Of a stretch of DNA of 64,000 nt, positions 60,520-64,000 are shown piece after piece. Positions within the stretch are counted from its first letter, which is position 1, and every line of letters starts with the position of its first letter. This stretch comes from the human T2T-CHM13v2.0 reference genome, Homo sapiens: the NCBI RefSeq assembly GCF_009914755.1, contig NC_060925.1. One strand, 5' to 3'. Position numbers and translations under genes: made by a program. The notes below the pieces were generated by a model. The model saw nothing but the letters and a program-made list of their open reading frames with translations. It was not told where the DNA came from and made no database searches.

Positions 60520-61860
60520 TTTTATTTTACATCATCTTTTTTACTTACACAGAAATTGTCAAAAAAAAGCAGAGATTTCCCATGTAGCCGCAACCTAGTT
60601 TCCTCTCTTATTAACATCTTCTATCAGTGTGTCTCACATGGCTTATTAATATCTTACATAATTTGTCACAGTTAATGAACCAATACTGATAGACTATTAT
60701 TAACTGAAGTTCATATTTCATTTGGATTCCCTTAGTTCTATCTTACTCTGACCCAGGATCCCATCCAGGATACCGCATGACATGTAGACATCACGTGGGC
60801 TCTTCCTGGCTGTGACAGTGTGTCAGGCTTTCCATCTCATGATGACCTTCATAGCACTGAGGAGGATTGGTCAGGAATGTTGTAGAATGTCCCCCATTGT
60901 CACTTCGTGTTCTCAAGGTGAACTGTCACCTTTGATGTTCACTTGGATCATTTGGCAGAGCTACTGTTTGTCAGATTTCTCCACTGTGAAGTTATTTTTC
61001 CTCCTTGTCCGTACTGCATGTGTTCTTTTGGAGCAAGTCACTATGCAGAGCCTCACTCCGTAAGGAGTTGGCTCCACCTTCTTGACGGCTGAGTGTCTAC
61101 ATCAATTATTTGGAATTCTTTTGCAAAGGAGATTTCTATGCAACTCCATTTGCTTATTCACCTAGGTATACAAATACAGACACCTAGATAATTACTTTAA
61201 GCTTTAGTTATTATTCAACACTACAGTATTATGTTGCACAATTCATTCCTGTGTTGGCCATCAGTAGCTGTTTTTATTGGCTCTTATTTTTCTTTGATAT
61301 GTTTTAACTTTTTTAGTACTTACTTTCTGATACTTCCAGATTATCCTGGCTCCTATATTTACTGTCCCAGTTCTAGTATCAGACATTTCTTCAAAGAGCC
61401 TGATTCCTTTCAGAATGGTAGGAAAACTTACATCTGGCTGCTGAATGAGCACATTGTATCTTCTCCCTCATTGGCAATGCTAGGAAGTATATGTGTGTGT
61501 CTAACCTACCTATACACACCTAATTATAAAGTTTTCTATGTAGAACTGTGTGTGTCTATATTAAACTAAACATAAGTTTACGTTGATGTCTCCACCTCTG
61601 ATCTACTATCACATGAATCATTCTAGCCTTCTCGCCTTGCTAATTTGTAACCTCCCACTTCAACAGTAAGAAACCTGGTTCCCACCATCTGCGACTTATG
61701 TAAGTCATTGTTTTATTCCAGATACAGACACTGTGGTTTTACAATTGTTCACAATTGCTTCTGTTGGAAAGAACTTTATAAAATGGAATCCAATAATGAA
61801 GTATAGTTCATGTGCCTTCAGCCTACAGATTCTATTCATTTTCAAAGTTTTTACCTAGAT
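60520..61860. mobile_element. Old L1 (L1MC-like) 3' region
   Basis: gttaatgaaccaatactgatagactattattaactgaagttc and cagatttctccactgtgaagtta motifs. Confidence 0.6.
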
Positions 61861-61863
61861 TTG

Positions 61864-62307
61864 TGTCTTAGTCCATTTTGTGCTTCTGTAACAGAATACC
61901 TGAGGCTGCGTAATTTATAAGTAAAAAAGTTTCATTTGGTTCACAATACTGGTGGCTGGAATGTCTGAGATTGGGCAGTTGCATCTGGCGGGGCCTCAGT
62001 CTTTTTCACCTCATGGTGGAAAGTGGAAGGGGAGCAAGGGGTGCACCAGCGATCACACAGCAGAAGTGAAAGCAAGAGGGAAGCCAAGGAAGCCAGACTC
62101 TTTTTAATTACCTACTCCTGCAGGAATTATCTATTCCTGTGAGAACAGAACTCACTCACCCCCATGGAGGACATTAATCTATTCATGAGGGATCCGTCCC
62201 CACGACCCAAACACCGTCCACTAGGCCCCACCGCCCCACACTGACACAGTGGGAGTCAAATTTCAACATGAGTTTTTGTGGGGACAAACCACATCCAAAC
62301 CATAGTA
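61864..62307 (-). mobile_element. MST (MaLR) solo LTR
   Basis: tgtcttagtccattttgtgcttctgtaacagaatacctgaggctg...tttcaacatgagtttt..ccaaaccatag. Confidence 0.85.
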
Positions 62308-62849
62308 ATTTGTAGCATAAATTCTTTTTCACATGATGTATTCTGTCCTGGGATACTCCACATCCTGAGTAATTTGATTTAATTTGAATAGAGTTTGCTT
62401 TAACCATTTGGCTGTAAAATTCTGCATATTTCGACAGATGCATTGTGGCAGATATCCCACTATTAAAGTATCATATGGAATGCTCAAACCCCCACCCCAT
62501 GGAGCCAATGGCTTCCCATCTGTGTAGTTTGCCTTCTCCAGTGTCTCATTAAATGAGGTCACACTGTGTGTATCCTCCTCAGACTGTCTTCTTCCACTTA
62601 GCAATGTGCATGCAAGATTCACTCATGTCTTTGTGTGTGTTGATATCTTGTTCCTTTCTATGGCTAAATAGTATTCCATTACATGAATGTAGCACAATTT
62701 GGTTATGCATTTTGGGGAGGAGAACCTTCCTCTTCTAACTTTGTTCCAGGGTTGGAGACCTTCAAATTAACTGACAATAGATACATTAGTAGGAGAGACA
62801 ATACTTGGCTTCTTGTTCCCCAAGTATCATTGTGCTGTTCTCAGAGTGC

Positions 62850-63270
62850 TGTTGGGAATGAAGTTTTTTATGTTCCCCCCCCCAAAAAAAAAGAACTAAC
62901 ATGGGAACAAATGATCTCTTAGCAAGGCGAGCTCTATTTTTCTGCACAAAGGGTGCTACTCAATAGCTGTCCAGCTACAAGAGCACACCAAACAAAGGAG
63001 ACAGAGTTACTTATAACCTGACGTGTCTACCCTACTGCTGTGTCCAGTTTCCATTGGCTGGAATAGGACCTCCCATTTTACACTTTACCCGATTGGCTGT
63101 TAGTTTAAAACTTTCTTAATTAGGTAAGGGGAATAGAAGAAAGAAAGAAAAGGAAGTTGCCCAGGGATAGTTAAGGAAGCATCTCCAAATAAGGAATGGC
63201 ATGCACTATGGGCTGGGGCTTGTCTAGTTCTGTCCAGGCATGCTGGAGCAAGCTAGGACAAGTGATTTGG

Positions 63271-63310
<40 letters not shown>

Positions 63311-63373
63311 AAAATAGTGGGTAGTTGTGACTTTATAATCTTTGAGGAAGAACTTTCCTCAAAGTTTTCCACA
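62850..63373 (-). mobile_element. LTR10-family solo LTR with p53 half-site array and internal (CA)n (63272-63306)
   Basis: TG...CA termini, TSD gtgc (62846-62849 / 63374-63377), similarity to the LTR at 25443-26022. Confidence 0.78.
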
Positions 63374-63377
63374 GTGC

Positions 63378-64000
63378 TTTGTAAGCATTGTCTCCATAAA
63401 AGTCAACCTTACTTCCTTAAAATTGCTGGTCATAACTGATCTTAGGTACACTTCCTAAATATGATATTCCAGTAAAAACCTTGATAATCTAACCAAAATT
63501 TCCAATTATGTCCTGTTATAAGGTGAATAGATTCTTATTGGACTTTTGCTAACAACAATATCATCGTGGAAATAAGAGTATTCAGTAAGGATTTCAAAAT
63601 TCTGGAAAAATCAGGCAAGAAAAAAAGATAAACGCTTCATTTCTGTTTACAAAAGTATAATCTACTAAATTGTTGTAAGTTACAGTTAGAGTAAGAGAAA
63701 GAGATTTCTTAAATCCAGAAACTAGAATATTAACCAGCAATGCTCCAAAAAGCTATACAATTATAATCAATTTTCATCAGTTCATTCAGTGCCATGTAAT
63801 CAATTCCAGTCTTGTGGATCTTGAGTTAGCAGTGTCATGAACCCATCAGTTTCCCAACCGGACTTCTGGAGACCTTAACTGAGTCAAGTGTATGGTCTTA
63901 AAGTTATTTAAGCAATATCATCAGAAGCCTATAACCAGAGTGCCTGTCATAGTCTTTTCTGTGAGTCTCAGAGGGAGTCCTGTCTTGGAGACGAACATTC
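63378..64000 (-). mobile_element. ERV1 (MER4-group-like) internal sequence
   Basis: AT-rich motifs gatattccagtaaaaaccttg..aaccaaaatttccaatt resemble MER4-group internal regions; recalled similarity only. Confidence 0.45.

Overview
Human (or great-ape) genomic DNA, recognisable as the distal 1q44 PGBD2 locus running toward the 1q subtelomere. Genes: an intron-containing tRNA-Leu(CAA) and a tRNA-Glu(CTC) in a CpG-rich island (2.35-2.82 kb), and the three-exon domesticated piggyBac transposase gene PGBD2 (+ strand, CpG-island promoter near 34.7 kb, spliced 592-aa CDS 42490..46990), with an antisense U6 retrocopy in intron 1. Most of the rest is nested retroelements: about 20 Alus, several L1s (one near full length), solo LTRs (MER11D-, LTR5-, LTR10-, LTR15-, MER4-, MER21-, MER31-like), a truncated SVA, DNA-transposon fossils, and a decayed A-rich class III (ERV-L/spuma-related) provirus at about 4.0-11.6 kb. 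I found no clearly new biological system. The best leads are: (i) the class III ERV appears to carry an env-like region where HERV-L has dUTPase; (ii) an unusually well-matched inverted repeat of about 110 bp lies inside two ancient L2 copies in PGBD2 intron 1; (iii) PGBD2 has lost two catalytic Asp but keeps its DNA-binding domain, and has a uORF and a cryptic in-CDS splice acceptor; (iv) an in-register array of p53 half-sites sits in an LTR10. Repeat subfamily names are from recalled consensus sequences, not from a search, and repeat boundaries are approximate unless a TSD is cited.
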